Shown here in pieces: positions 32,046 through 44,339 of a stretch of DNA of 64,000 nucleotides. The position numbers and the translations under genes were made by a program. Origin of the DNA: Schizochytrium sp. TIO01 (lineage: Eukaryota; Protista; Bigyra: Labyrinthulomycetes); NCBI GenBank assembly GCA_004764695.1, contig SMSO01000005.1, positions 992,001 through 1,056,000 on the forward strand, written 5' to 3'. How positions within the stretch are numbered: the stretch's first letter is position 1; each line of letters opens with the position of its first letter. The notes under the pieces are model-generated. The model was given only the letters and a program-made list of their open reading frames with translations, was not told the DNA's origin and searched no databases.

Positions 32046-33665
32046 TTAGGCAGATACACATACCTTTGAGACGGTATCGTACGTGTATCGGTTTTTGCAG
32101 AGTTTAGCGCCAACCTGATTGAGACAAGGAGGTTGGTTTCTGCCACCACATGAAGTGCATGTGCCATCACTTTTCGGAGTGAGGCCAGAACGACAGAATT
32201 CTTCGGAGAAGTTTACCTCTGCATAACTCGGCGGAATGGTTCCAGGGGAAACACCAACAACTCCATCCTTCGAACGACCCCAGCGGCCATAGATGTAAAA
32301 GTCTCCCTGGGGTGTGATGACTAGCTGGTTTTGTGCAACATTATTGGAGACAAGGTCGTTTGTGTTGCTTTCGTCAATAGAGTTGACGTATACAATGTTG
32401 AGGAAGGGATTAGACTCGCTCTTGCTTTTGCGGATACGCATCGTGCTATGGTCGCTTGGATCCGTCCAATGGTCAAACATAAAGCTGATGCGTGGAGCAG
32501 AATAGTGTAATTCCAGATCAATTACAGTACTCTTGTCGACTGCCTTGCAACTATCAGGCACTTCTGTAGTTCCATCTTCAACCATAACAATGTGACCCTG
32601 AGTGCTTACGCAAACCTTTGTATATACCTTGTCGTAAAAGGGGAACTCAAAGCCCAACTCAACAATTTTACTTTCGAGAAGTGTATCCCAGTTGGTTTCC
32701 CCTAGGTCAACCCACTCGGTGCTTGAATACTTTGTGACACGGTAATTTTCGTCATTGACCTTGGTAAAATGCATCACGTTCAAGAACAAATCATACGTTT
32801 CCACACTACTCTCCCCATCATCAGTCCACATCTCCGCAATGTATGTTCCAACTATGCCACATTGAGGCGTATTGGAGTATCCACAGGTAAGACAAGTGTG
32901 ATCTTCAGAAGGAGTGTAGCCAGGGTTGCAAAAATCTTCTCCAAGGTTTGTGCACCAGGGCTGGTTGCTGTATCCACATCTCGTGCATTTGCCATCGTCT
33001 CCCTCAACAAGTCCACTTTTGCAAGGTTCACACGTATTCGCGCAAGACACCTTTCCGCTGTAGCCACAGTAAACACAGGCTTCTTCATCGCTGTCATAAG
33101 CAAGGCCAATATAGCACTCAGCCTCATTCACATTTGTGCACCTTGGCTTTCCATTTGTACCACAACGGGTGCATGTCTTGCCTTCATTCGTTGGATCAGG
33201 GGTGTATCCAGGCTGACACTGTCTTTCCATATCTTCACAAATATTGCGTCCTTCGTAGCCACAAAGCAAGCAAATATTGTCACTCTGGTAATACCCAAGG
33301 TCGCAGGGGTTTTCATTAGAGTAAACACAGATGGGTTTATTATTCGTGCCGCAGCTGGTACATTTTTCCACGCTGTCTTCGGTCCACAAGGCTAGGCCAT
33401 TGTAGCACGGATGAGTTGTTGTTCCATCAGGGTCGGTGAAGTATGCCTCCTCAGGGCAAGGTAGCTGGCCCCAAAAGCCGCACTTTACACAAAGAGGTTC
33501 AGCGCTTGTCAGGCTAGGGACATACTTCGGCTCGCTACAGAAGGCAACACCGTCTGCATTGTAACATGGAGTTCCCTTATACGCTCCGCACTCAGTAGTG
33601 TCTTCACCATGGCAAAGAGCAAACGTTACTCCAAGAAACGCAAGGATATTTTTATAATGTATCAT
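32046..33665 (-). CDS. Secreted cysteine-rich repeat protein with inserted NIDO/PLXDC-like domain
   Basis: Signal peptide; repeated C..CG....P.C units; ELGFEFPFYDKVYTKVCVSTQGHI matches the L.F.FPFYG..Y....VS.NG motif. ATG 33665. Confidence 0.8.
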   Translation of the reverse strand: MIHYKNILAFLGVTFALCHGEDTTECGAYKGTPCYNADGVAFCSEPKYVPSLTSAEPLCVKCGFWGQLPCPEEAYFTDPDGTTTHPCYNGLALWTEDSVEKCTSCGTNNKPICVYSNENPCDLGYYQSDNICLLCGYEGRNICEDMERQCQPGYTPDPTNEGKTCTRCGTNGKPRCTNVNEAECYIGLAYDSDEEACVYCGYSGKVSCANTCEPCKSGLVEGDDGKCTRCGYSNQPWCTNLGEDFCNPGYTPSEDHTCLTCGYSNTPQCGIVGTYIAEMWTDDGESSVETYDLFLNVMHFTKVNDENYRVTKYSSTEWVDLGETNWDTLLESKIVELGFEFPFYDKVYTKVCVSTQGHIVMVEDGTTEVPDSCKAVDKSTVIDLELHYSAPRISFMFDHWTDPSDHSTMRIRKSKSESNPFLNIVYVNSIDESNTNDLVSNNVAQNQLVITPQGDFYIYGRWGRSKDGVVGVSPGTIPPSYAEVNFSEEFCRSGLTPKSDGTCTSCGGRNQPPCLNQVGAKLCKNRYTYDTVSKVCVSA

Positions 33666-33720
33666 CGTGTTTCTTGTCAACGCTATTGCTCGGGAGTTTG
33701 GCAGGTCTTAATCTTTCTTG

Positions 33721-33767
33721 TTTTGGTTTTGGTTTTGGTTTTGGTTTTGGTTTTGGTTTTGGTTTTG
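33721..33767. repeat. (TTTTGG)n hexanucleotide repeat
   Basis: Direct reading; lies just upstream of the Cys-rich gene. Confidence 0.93.
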
Positions 33768-35454
33768 CGCTCTCCTAGACTTGTAAGCCTTCATGTATTT
33801 TATGTTAATTCTGGTTGTATTGTTTCCTTACAATTCATACTAAGGGGCATTAGGTCGTACATAAGAAACATTAGCCTTGGGCAAAGGGTGGTTGTGAAGA
33901 TGAGCCTTGGAAAATGTACAGCTTAAGGTACTATAAAATTTTAAAATACAATAGCAATCTTGTGGGATGGGCGGATACGGTGAAATCTTGCGAATAGCAC
34001 GCCGAGCAATTTTTTCATCAAAATTGCTCATTCAGTTCATAGCTTGAATCTGTACCATGTGCTTAACCAAACAATAGAATCTTCATTCATCATTATTTTC
34101 TTGCTAGATGGTAATTAGATACTAGCTCAACATTCGAGATCGCTTAATCAATGGTATTTACGGCTACTAATCACTGCTCAAGTTTCAATTAAATTGCAAA
34201 CAATAACTCATAGGAATCGATCTAAGATCTTCGATTTAGTTGTGCGACGTCCAATTCACACACATGCAAACACTTGGCAGAGCAACTTCACTCATTTATT
34301 CTTCTTTTTTCAGCCAGCAGATGCATAACAATCTATAGAAGTGTCTAAGGTCAGGACATATGTCGAAATGAACAGAGATTCCGCTTTTGTCCTAAATTAA
34401 CACACTTTTGTAACACACTCGTAGAACTTTTCAGCCCACTAATTTTTGTCTAGGGACTTAGGGACTCCACCAGCAAACGTAATGTCCTCGGAGACAACTC
34501 CATTATGGGCTTGTGTTGGGCAGGGACCCTACTTTGTCCTTAGTTCATATACACATGCGAGAATTTGTCTGTCCCATGCTCGGTTGTAGGTACCGGGAAC
34601 AAAGCTCCTAAATTCTAATGCTCATGCATGTGCACGATGAGCTAACCTTGGGCACCTGATATACTTTACTTCCGACATCCGCAGTCAGTGTTCATGAGAA
34701 AAAAACTCGTTTGTTCACCCCGAGGTGCCACCATGATATTTGCCTTTGGTTGTCATTTTATTCCTACGCGGGCCTTAGTTTATTTTTGTAAATACCTGGC
34801 GGATTAACTAAAAATCTTTTCTTGAAAAATAACAAAATGTACTACTTCAATACTGAACTTTACGGACTTATGTACCTTGTAATCAGTGGCGGGTCATAAG
34901 AGTCATGTGGAGTTATACCATTCTTATAAAAAACACATGGAAGTACTTTCTATCCATGCAGATGGTGTCTGATATATATTTGATAAAGGCCCAATACCTG
35001 CGTAGACTTGATCACAATTATAGTACTATGCCAATTTTTATTTTTTTTTAATTAAAAAAAGAACTGAAAATGAAATTAAAATAACTCTAGGGTACATACT
35101 ATAATCAAGCTTTCAACCCGAGTACTAAGCTCGCACTACTAGTGAGAGTGCAATTCTAGATGCAAAGTCCCAGACGATGCCATTCGTGACTCCAACCATG
35201 AAATATCAATCGCCCTTCTTGTCGAAATCAATCTTGAATGATCTTGGGGACGTAAATCAAACACTTATAGGATTCCAGCAAGGTTTGCAGGGAGAATCCT
35301 ACAAATTTTAACCTGCCTCCACATGATGTCAAATTGCATGCTATCACCTTTCAGTTGAACCAAATTTCTTAGGCGGACGTGAGTTCATATGGTGTTTCTT
35401 CTCTCTTCTTTCTTCTTGCGCACGCGCCTCTGTACGATAGCCGAAGCTAAGTAA

Positions 35455-35455
<1 letters not shown>

Positions 35456-35533
<78 letters not shown>
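35456..35533. repeat. (AAGC)n microsatellite
   Basis: Direct reading. Confidence 0.95.
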
Positions 35534-35921
35534 GGAAACCCGGAATGGCGACGTTAATAAAAAGAAATACACAAACAATGCCAAGCAGTAAAATTGATGA
35601 ACTTGCCTGCTGAAGGAAACACTAAAACTTGTATTTGCCTCCGCGTCGTTCTTGAGGATTCCTAGGAACCAGATAAAAGACTGTTAAGCGAAGCAATACG
35701 CCTTGCGTTCTTGCTGCTTCAAGAACAAGCTACTAGATTTCCAGGTACTCTGTTGTAGTGAGGGTTTCTAACGAGGGCGTAGAACTAGTACCACGATGTC
35801 TTGAAATGCGAAGCGCGTACCCCTAGACACTTTGCTTCACGCCCGGGACTTTCTGGAGTGACGAAGTGTTGTCCTTGTAGCTATGCTATACTTTGTTTCA
35901 CATACGCGGCTCTCTAGGAAG

Positions 35922-37407
35922 CAAAATGGATGGAGGGTACTGATGGTGTTCATTTATACTTTGTTGGATCTACACAGGACCTTGAAGGAAGGAATACTTT
36001 CTTTTGAGCTGATTGCGGCGAAGCGCGTACCCGGGACGACTGCTTTGTCGACTCTTACGGATAGCACTATGTGGAATACACCTCTTCCTGGCAAAGAATA
36101 GCCGGAAGAGTCGACTGATCTGACCAAGAGAGTTTGAGACCAGGAAAAGACCTTGTCCTAATTCGCTCCTTGGTAGCTTTGATACGTCCCTCATTATCTT
36201 ATGCATCGTGAATATTATGTCAAGTTTGTATGCTGAACACATTTATTTGTTTAACATCATAGAAGAGATTTAACCAATTCCTAGAGAGGACATATTCTAT
36301 TTTACGTATCGAAAGCTTTCAAGGATATTTGCCATCGTATGGCGCCTCCGGAATTCTCAATTAGAACGCGGACCTCAACTTTGGCTGTAGTGCCCCCTTA
36401 TTCCTACATGTCGAATTCTGTCCCAAGAAAAGCATCACTTTGTACAATATTTAGAAGTTTTCCTCACTTAAAAACTTGTTTCAAGATGCTTCATACACTG
36501 GTAATTGTTCAAATTTAGATTCAAATTTAGTCGAACCAGGTATGGTCTATATCTCAGAATGTGCCAGTAGCTGTCTAAATATTTGCTCTACTATGCACAC
36601 TTAATCTAGTGCAATTCTATATATTGCAAGTTCGCATAAAATGAAAGTCATGTATGCTAAATCAAATGTATCAAAATGGATAGAGGGTACTGATGGTGCT
36701 CATTTATACTTTGTTGGATCTACACAGGACCTTGAAGGAAGGAATACTTTCTTTTGAGCTGATTGCATACCCGGACGACTGCTTTGTCGACTCTTACGGA
36801 TAGCACTATGTGAAACACACCCTTCCCTGGCAAAGAATAGCCGGAAGAGTCGACTAATCTGACCAAGAGAGTTTGAGACCAGGAAAAGACCTTGTCCTAA
36901 TTCGCTCCTCGGTAGCTTTGATACGTCCCTCATTATCTTATGCATCGTGAATATTATGTCAAGTTTGTATGCTGAACACATTTATTTGTTTAACATCATA
37001 GAAGAGATTTAACCAATTCCTAGAGAGGACATATTCTATTTTACGTATCGAAAGCTTTCAAGGATATTTGCCATCGTATGGCGCCTCCGGAATTCTCAAT
37101 TAGAACGCGGACCTCAACTTTGGCTGTAGTGCCCCCTTATTCCTACATGTCGAATTCTGTCCCAAGAAAAGCATCACTTTGTACAATATTTAGAAGTTTT
37201 CCTCACTTAAAAACTTGTTTCAAGATGCTTCATACACTGGTAATTGTTCAAATTTAGATTCAAATTTAGTCGAACCAGGTCTATATCTCAGAATGTGCCA
37301 GTTGCTGTCTAAATATTTGCTCTACTATGCACACTTAACCTAGTGCAATTCTATATACTGCAAGTTCGCATAAAATGAAAGTCATGTATGCTAAATCAAA
37401 TGTATCA
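35922..37407. repeat. Near-identical head-to-tail duplication (~750 bp + ~736 bp)
   Basis: CAAAATGGAT.GAGGGTACTGATGGTG starts at ~35922 and ~36672; both copies end ATCAAATGTATCA. They differ by two indel sites and scattered substitutions. Confidence 0.95.
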
Positions 37408-38157
37408 GTACGAAGTCTAGGGAATAACAACAACAACGCTCAACCTCACACAAATACTAATTGTTGCATTATCCAAAGTGGATGATTTATGAGCTAGGAG
37501 TCGAAGAGGTTGAAGCAAATACTTATTATTGAACGATGATATACAGAAAAAGTTGAATAAAGCTCTAGGCTCTTATCCTGACCTCATTCAGGACACGAAG
37601 AAATATATGACAAACAAATGTAGCTTAACTAGATGAAAATAACTCAACTCTCCACAAAACTAGAGGTTCTCACGCAATAGTTGTATTTAACTATTATATC
37701 TCTTGGCTGGATAAATTGATGGCATAATCCACATCTTCGCCCACCTTAGCAGTACTACCTAATGCCACTCATTGAGCTAGAAAGGGACGTTCACGAGTTC
37801 TTCTTTGTACTATCGCCACGACTTTAGAAAGATTTCTCAAGCTCCATCTGTTCCTAAGTTATGATATTGAGCGTGAGAAAGTAATAGATTGCTCAACGAA
37901 CGATAGTCAAATGTTCCATTGATAGACGTATCGCTACCTACCTAGGTATTGCACCTAGATACTGCCCGGTGTGACGTTAAATTGCGAATTGTTCATGCGC
38001 TGTTTTTGATATACAGCACAGTAAGATGAATAGGTCTAGAAGGTTACTATGCAGAAAAGGTAATACTGCATACTACCCTTTTTACTAATATCTAGTTAGC
38101 TATCAGTATATTATTTTCACTCATATTAAACAAGAGACTCGGAGAAGAAGAAGGATA

Positions 38158-40278
38158 ATGGGAGGATATCTTGTAGCAGACAAAGCTGATTTCGAGGAGA
38201 AGACCGATTGTGCGCGACGCAAAATGTCGGGAGATGGGGAGGATATGGCTCCCGTGCGGCGCATTGCTCGCACGGAGCATTTGAATGCGTTTCTAACATC
38301 ATCTTCGTACGACCGTCTGGTGAACTTTCTGCTGGAGATGAATCATGCGGCCCTCGGTGGCAAACCCTCGAGTCCGAGCAATTTTGAAGGTGCCAGCGAA
38401 GCGGTTCTCGCAATGATCGAGATTCTCGAGAAAGCTGAACAGCTTTTGGAGGAATTCCCCCCAATGCAACAGAACGCACGTTTCGGAAATGCTTCATTTC
38501 GAGATTATATGGAGGCTATTCGGGAACGCAGCGAAGAAGATATGGCCTCGCTCAGTCAAGAACACGCCAAAGAGCTCGCAGGATATTGGTGTGCGAGCTT
38601 CGGCAATAGCCGCCGCCTAGACTTTGGTACAGGCCACGAGGCAAGCTTCCTCGTATGGATGTTCGCATGTCGTGAGCTTGAAATTACCGATGACCTGGAA
38701 GGTCTGGTGCTCCACGTGTTCCCTAGATATCTCGAACTGGTGTACTCTGTACAATCTCTCTACAGGCTGGAGCCGGCTGGGTCACACGGGGTCTGGTCTC
38801 TTGATGATTATCACATCCTTCCATTCGTTTTTGGATCTGCTCAACTTTGTTCTGCAGAAGACGGATCTCAAGGAAGTTTACTAGGCACTCGGCCCAAAAC
38901 TGTACGCGATCGAATGATGGTTGACGATCTGTCTCCGGTTAGTATGTACATGAGAGCGATCAAACGCATCAACGAGCTCAAGTCCGGCCCTTTCGAGGAG
39001 CATTCGCCGCTCTTGAACGATCTTGCGAATATTCCCTCCTGGAAAAAGGTCAACAGTGGTTTATTGGAAATGTTTAAAGGGGAGGTTCTTGGCAAATTTC
39101 CAGTCGCACAGCATTTTCTTTTCGGACCTACTTTCCCATGCACATGGGAAGTTAGCTCAGGCGACATCTCTATTCTAGAGAGCGATCAATCTGTAAGTAG
39201 CTCTCATGCAGGGAGCAGTAGTGGAGCTGGGGCGCCTTCTTCAGGTTCTGGCATCCCGAGCCCATTCGATGTGGCTCGACTTCGAACTCCAGCTGACGGA
39301 GATGCTCTGACGAAATATTTTGGAATTTCTCGACGGCCTACACACGGTGCTATTCGACCAGGCGGTTCTGGTGCATCCATGCCGCAGGGCGAAACCTGCA
39401 TGATGCCGAAGGATCTGAAAATTGCCGAGGAAACTGCAGCAGTGCCGCATACTTTACTTGACGGCGATCGCGGGGTTGAGGTGAAGGGGTTTCGCATCGA
39501 AACAAACAAGGGTCGTATATCTGGCGAAGCAGAGCTGGAAAATGTGAGAGACCAGCATACGTTTGAGGGTCACTGCTTGGATTTCCCTCTCCCTGAGATG
39601 CTTTTTGGGTTTAATAAAGTACAATTTACGCATCTTGACAGCGGAATAACACTTGATTTCAATGCTTCTGATGCTTTGTGCGGCTGTAAGATCGTACGCA
39701 ATGAGGAAGGTGAACCCGATCGCACGGTGTTCAAGCTGCCGAACTCTGCCCATTGGGAGAACAGGCAGACCTTGAACGGTGAAACCATTAAGTCGTGGCG
39801 AGATGATTTTGACTGGACTTTCTCTACACGCTATAGGGGTTCTTTGTCTCGTGATGGAGAGCCGATTCCAATGCCCACTGAGGTTTGTGATGAAAAAATC
39901 GACTACCAGCTTCTGCGCAAGCGCGAGCCATTTCTGTATTTTGACACTGTTCCTCTTTATGAAGATGATCTTTTCGACAATGGCGAAAGCAAGCTTACCG
40001 TACGCTTGCGTGTAATGACGTCATGCTTCTTTGCACTCTCTCGCCTTTGGCTTCGTGTTGATAACACCTTTGTGCGCTGCTTTGATACGCGTGTTTTCCA
40101 CAAATTTGACACCGACTATATTTTGGTGGAGCACACTCGTAAAGAAATGAGTGCCAAGGAGCTCCAGGATAAGGGCTTTGGTGATATGCGCATCATGATG
40201 AACGAGGAGCGGGTTGAAAAACTCTTGAAGGAAATTTCTTGCGAAACGGTGAAGATCCCTCTTACGTCTTCATCTTAG
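38158..40278 (+). CDS. PTPA (PP2A phosphatase activator, Rrd1/2) fused to TIP41/TIPRL domain
   Basis: PTPA: RFGNASFR, FGNSRRLDFGTGHE, LEPAGSHGVWSLDDY, GPFEEHSPLL, EVLGKFPVAQHFLFG. TIP41: LPEMLFG.N, FNASDAL, FDWTFST.Y.G, LYEDDLFDNG, RVM..CFF.L.R..LRVD. Single uninterrupted ORF. Confidence 0.93.
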   Translation: MGGYLVADKADFEEKTDCARRKMSGDGEDMAPVRRIARTEHLNAFLTSSSYDRLVNFLLEMNHAALGGKPSSPSNFEGASEAVLAMIEILEKAEQLLEEFPPMQQNARFGNASFRDYMEAIRERSEEDMASLSQEHAKELAGYWCASFGNSRRLDFGTGHEASFLVWMFACRELEITDDLEGLVLHVFPRYLELVYSVQSLYRLEPAGSHGVWSLDDYHILPFVFGSAQLCSAEDGSQGSLLGTRPKTVRDRMMVDDLSPVSMYMRAIKRINELKSGPFEEHSPLLNDLANIPSWKKVNSGLLEMFKGEVLGKFPVAQHFLFGPTFPCTWEVSSGDISILESDQSVSSSHAGSSSGAGAPSSGSGIPSPFDVARLRTPADGDALTKYFGISRRPTHGAIRPGGSGASMPQGETCMMPKDLKIAEETAAVPHTLLDGDRGVEVKGFRIETNKGRISGEAELENVRDQHTFEGHCLDFPLPEMLFGFNKVQFTHLDSGITLDFNASDALCGCKIVRNEEGEPDRTVFKLPNSAHWENRQTLNGETIKSWRDDFDWTFSTRYRGSLSRDGEPIPMPTEVCDEKIDYQLLRKREPFLYFDTVPLYEDDLFDNGESKLTVRLRVMTSCFFALSRLWLRVDNTFVRCFDTRVFHKFDTDYILVEHTRKEMSAKELQDKGFGDMRIMMNEERVEKLLKEISCETVKIPLTSSS

Positions 40279-40805
40279 GCTAGAATGACACCCATTCTTT
40301 ATGCCTTTTTGCTTTTCTTAATTTCATTGCCCCCCCTTTTTTCTTTCAGTTTTTTTTCTTACGACATATACGCAAAATGCATTCCTTTGTTTTGTTCTTA
40401 TTGAAAATGCCTTACCCACCTTTGCGCTGTTGAAATGGTTTCCTCATGAGCGCTTCCTGAGAATAGTAGAACCTTTGTTATGAAACAGAAATTAAACACA
40501 ATATTTGTGATGCATATGGAGATGTTTGCTCCTTGGTATATAGCTACTGCGATTCTAAAATCTACGCTATATGTATTTCTCTGAGATCCAAGTACTTCTG
40601 AAGCAGAATCAAATCAACTATATCTCAATATACAAAAAAGAGATGCTACCTGCTTATGTAAAGCGGGAGCCACAGTAAGTCAGATGATCAATTGCTTCCA
40701 TTTAAAAACAAGAAACAAAACAAATAAATCTTTAAAGAAGAAATTTGTTGGTCGGCGTACTTAAATGAATATGAACTAAGCGCATTATTGAAACCGATGA
40801 TTCAT

Positions 40806-41943
40806 TTACAAACGGGAGCTCACCAAAGCGTTGTTCATGCGGTAGCGAATTGTAGACTCGGCTTCGGCCATGAACTTATCCATAAGCTGCTTAACAGTAG
40901 GGATGTCGTCAATCAGACCAATAACCTGTCCAGCAGTCCAGATTCCGCCATCAGCGTCGCCGTCTTTCTCAGCCTGACGACCACGGGCACCAGCGACAAG
41001 GTGAGCAATATCACTGAAGTCAAGGTTCAAGCCCTTCTCCTTCTGGATCTCATCAACTTCGGAGGCAATCTTGTTTTTAAAGACACGTGCAGTGTTGTGA
41101 AGGGCACGAAACATAAGCACGGTGTCGGTCTCCTTGGCTTCCAGCATTCGTTGCTTGTAGGACTCAGGCCACATACATTCTTTGGTGGCACAGAAGCGAG
41201 TTCCCATGTTAACCCCTTCCGCTCCCAATGCAATGACAGCAGCGAGCTGCTTACCATCTCCAATACCTCCACTTGCGAGGTAAGGAACGCGGAGCTTTTT
41301 TGCAGCCTTGGCCAGGAGAACAATTGCACCAATGTCATCTTCACCAGGGCTATTTAGCGTTAGAATCAGTAACATATTTGTTAGTCCACATCCACAGGAA
41401 TTGATTAATCATCCTTCGCCTAAGTACTTGACATGGGCAGTGATATTACCCCAAGTGCACCTGGTGTAACAAAAATAGAAAAACTTACTGTCCAGCGCAC
41501 TCAAAGGAATCCATAGATACGATGTCAACGCCGATTTTCTCGGCGCTTAGAGCGTGACGAATTGTGACACACTTGTGAATGCAGATGAGACCAGCAGATT
41601 TAAATTTGCCGACCCACTTCTTTGGATTGTTTCCAGCGGTCTCCACGATCTTAACACCACTTTCAATGATGGCGTCAGCATAGGCCTCGTAGTCAGGAGG
41701 GTTAATTGCTGGGAGAATCGTAAGGTTGACGGCGAAGGGTTTCTTTGTCATCGCGCGAATGCGTTCTATATCGCGCTTGACATTTTCCGGAGATCCACAA
41801 GTCAGTGCTGTGAGCATGCCAAGACCACCAGCCTCAGAAACAGCTGCACAGAGCTCAACAGTGCCAACTCCAGTCATACCACCGCAAACAACAGGGTGCT
41901 CGATGCCGAGCAGTTCGGTCACACGAGTGCGGAAGGCCCCCAT
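40806..41943 (-). CDS. Nitronate monooxygenase / FabK-like flavoprotein, two exons (41943-41489, 41349-40806), C-terminal PTS1 (SRL)
   Basis: The 139-nt intron 41488-41350 (GTAAGT...CTAAC...TAG) restores the conserved ECAGHPGEDD. Other motifs: ASGGIGDG, GVNMGTRF, GQVIGLI. Confidence 0.92.
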
Positions 41944-43355
41944 ATTGTCGCTCGTAAACTCTTCTTCTAAGTCAACACGTTCCGGCTTTGAAACACTGCA
42001 GCGCAAAAATTATATTTTATCAGTGAAAGGGTTTTGCAAGAATGAATCGCGTCGGTCCTCCCCCAAAATTTCGTTAGTTGTCATTGTAATAGGAAAGTTG
42101 ATCTTTCGCCCATCTTAGTACGAGCAAGAACAATTACACGAGTACTGTTGTTGATATCGAGAAAAATAATAGAGATCGGTCAAGAACTGCACAAGCGCAC
42201 ATGTTTCCCTGTTCCCAACTTTTGTCTAGTCGTGCAGATCTCAACTCTAATCTGAGGTGCTGCTCTGGTACTCGCACGATAGAATAGACAAGTACGAGTC
42301 CATCGGCTCGGTCCGCCGCCTCAGCGCGAGGCCTCTCAAGCTTCGCAAAATATTCAAAACCGGGGAAGGGTTTCATAAGTCCAGAAGGGGGTACGAAAGT
42401 GAACGTACAATGTAAGCGTGGTCTGTCTTCAAACCTTGGGCAGGAATGAAATTGGAGAACTGTTTTCTCTCTTCTTTTCTTGATTGGGAAACCAGGTTTT
42501 CTTGCCCTGTACCAGTATGTAGATACTATTATAAAAATAGGAAGAGGAAGTACGTGACAGTCGAGTGCGCTTTATACAGTCGCTCACAAGCACCTTGTGA
42601 AGGCGTTTTAATTCTTTTAATGAGTGTTTAAGGGGAAAGCTCTTTATGCTTATTTTTTTTAATTGATATGATACTTTCAAAGCCTAGAGATGACATTTTT
42701 ATTTTTTCGATTTCGGCTTCTACAATGCGCCACAATGAAGATCTAGGAACAGGCAACGTGATAGTTTTTTCTTATTTGCTTGTACTATCACCTGGCTCTA
42801 CTAGCGGCAACCCCCAGCACAGAGCTCATGTCCAATCGTCATGCTTTTCAATACCCGTATTACATGGCAGTTCCTTTGTACACGCACTCTCTTTAAGAAG
42901 AAATGGTGCATAATCTTTTCTATATCAATCTACTTTCAGTTGTTTATTTACCATGCTAGACTTAATGTCGGCTTTCCTTTACTGCTACATATACTCAACT
43001 GTTTTGTCGTAGTGATTGTTTGCTGCTGCTATGCGCCGCATGCACTTTAAAAAAAGAAAAGAATCAATCTATTTAAAAAAGCAATCCTACTCTTGCAAAC
43101 ACGAGTTCAATTTTCAAGTTTACAGATCTGCCAATGCCTTTGGTATCCTCCTTGATTCACGTTTCGAAAGATCTTTGGATGTACGTTATCTCGAGTTGCA
43201 GCTGTAAAGCCGTGGGGACAGTTTTCCAAGTTATTCCTGACACCGCGTGACCCTTTTTATTTTCCCAGTGATAGTATGTATGATGTATCTTTTTGTAGAA
43301 GCCGTTCTTCGGCAGGTAGAATTCAAATTCAGTTTCCACGACTAAGTCAGCTGTC

Positions 43356-44339
43356 ATGGCTGCCGTGGCCTCACCCGATGTCCCTCCTGTTGTACGAGCC
43401 AGTTGGCGTGGTGGCCTACCTGTGCTCCTCGAGTGTTCTCCCTGTGACTTCGCTACCTCATCAGCTTCACCTTCTTCATCTTCTTCGTCTCCGAATCAAC
43501 AATCTCTAGCTCCGGGGTCCTCGGAAGCTGCTCCGCTTCCATCGCTGGTATTCTGCAGCCGCCAGTCCTTTCTACCCTTCGCGTTGGCGGCTCCTCTGGC
43601 CCACCTTCGTGGTGTGTCCATCGTCCCAGAGCCTATGCAAAGCGCTTGGATGGAAGCAAAACACGTGCCACTCAAATGGCAGTATCCTATCGGCGCCATC
43701 TTTGACACAATCTGCGGCGACCAGCGACCTCCCCTAAGGGTGAGGCTCCACCTATGTGGCGCAGGCCTTGATGGCTTGACAATGTCTTCAGGCTCGACGT
43801 CGGGATCTAGTTCCCAGAATATTGGCAACTCCTCGAATTCGAGAGCAATGGTAACCCCGATTCCTGGGCCAGGAAGAGCTCGTCAGGAGTTCTTCCATCT
43901 GTTCAAACAGGGTATGTTCTTAAGATTTGGATCAAGGCTGCCGTTCACGGAACTGGGTGATGACGAGGATGATGCACTATGGAGGAGCGTTGTGCATGGT
44001 CATGTGGATGAGTTCTGCGCAGTTATTGCTCGATTTCGGGATTTTAAACCGAAAGCCGCACCGGTCAGAATCTTGACAGTCATCCAAAAGGGTGACGCCA
44101 AGACGATTGCATGCACTCAAGTTTCGTTGCCCCTGAATAGTGAACTTACAGTGACCAGACTGTTGCAGGAGAATTTACCTGGCATGGATTCAAGAGCAGT
44201 TGCAAGGTGCCAGGGCATCGAGGTACCGATGGACGCAAAGGTAGTGGAGCTTTATGAGGCCTTGGCACATGGAGATATGTTTTTGTATATATGTCTGCAT
44301 GTGGATGGCGAAGACAGTGATGCTGAAAACCGTAGATAG
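43356..44339 (+). CDS. ATG5: Autophagy protein 5
   Basis: R.SFLP, PLKWQYPIGAIFD, FKQG.FLRFG conjugation-Lys helix, LW.SV, P.R, QGIEVP.DA and D.FLYI. Confidence 0.85.
   Translation: MAAVASPDVPPVVRASWRGGLPVLLECSPCDFATSSASPSSSSSSPNQQSLAPGSSEAAPLPSLVFCSRQSFLPFALAAPLAHLRGVSIVPEPMQSAWMEAKHVPLKWQYPIGAIFDTICGDQRPPLRVRLHLCGAGLDGLTMSSGSTSGSSSQNIGNSSNSRAMVTPIPGPGRARQEFFHLFKQGMFLRFGSRLPFTELGDDEDDALWRSVVHGHVDEFCAVIARFRDFKPKAAPVRILTVIQKGDAKTIACTQVSLPLNSELTVTRLLQENLPGMDSRAVARCQGIEVPMDAKVVELYEALAHGDMFLYICLHVDGEDSDAENRR

Noticed and set aside
33721-33767. (TTTTGG)n as interstitial telomere
   Set aside because: Short, internal and not TTAGGG/TTTAGGG-type; treated as a microsatellite.
35545-36101. Ankyrin-like fragments (TPCVLAAS, GTTAL)
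   Set aside because: Too degraded to support a call.
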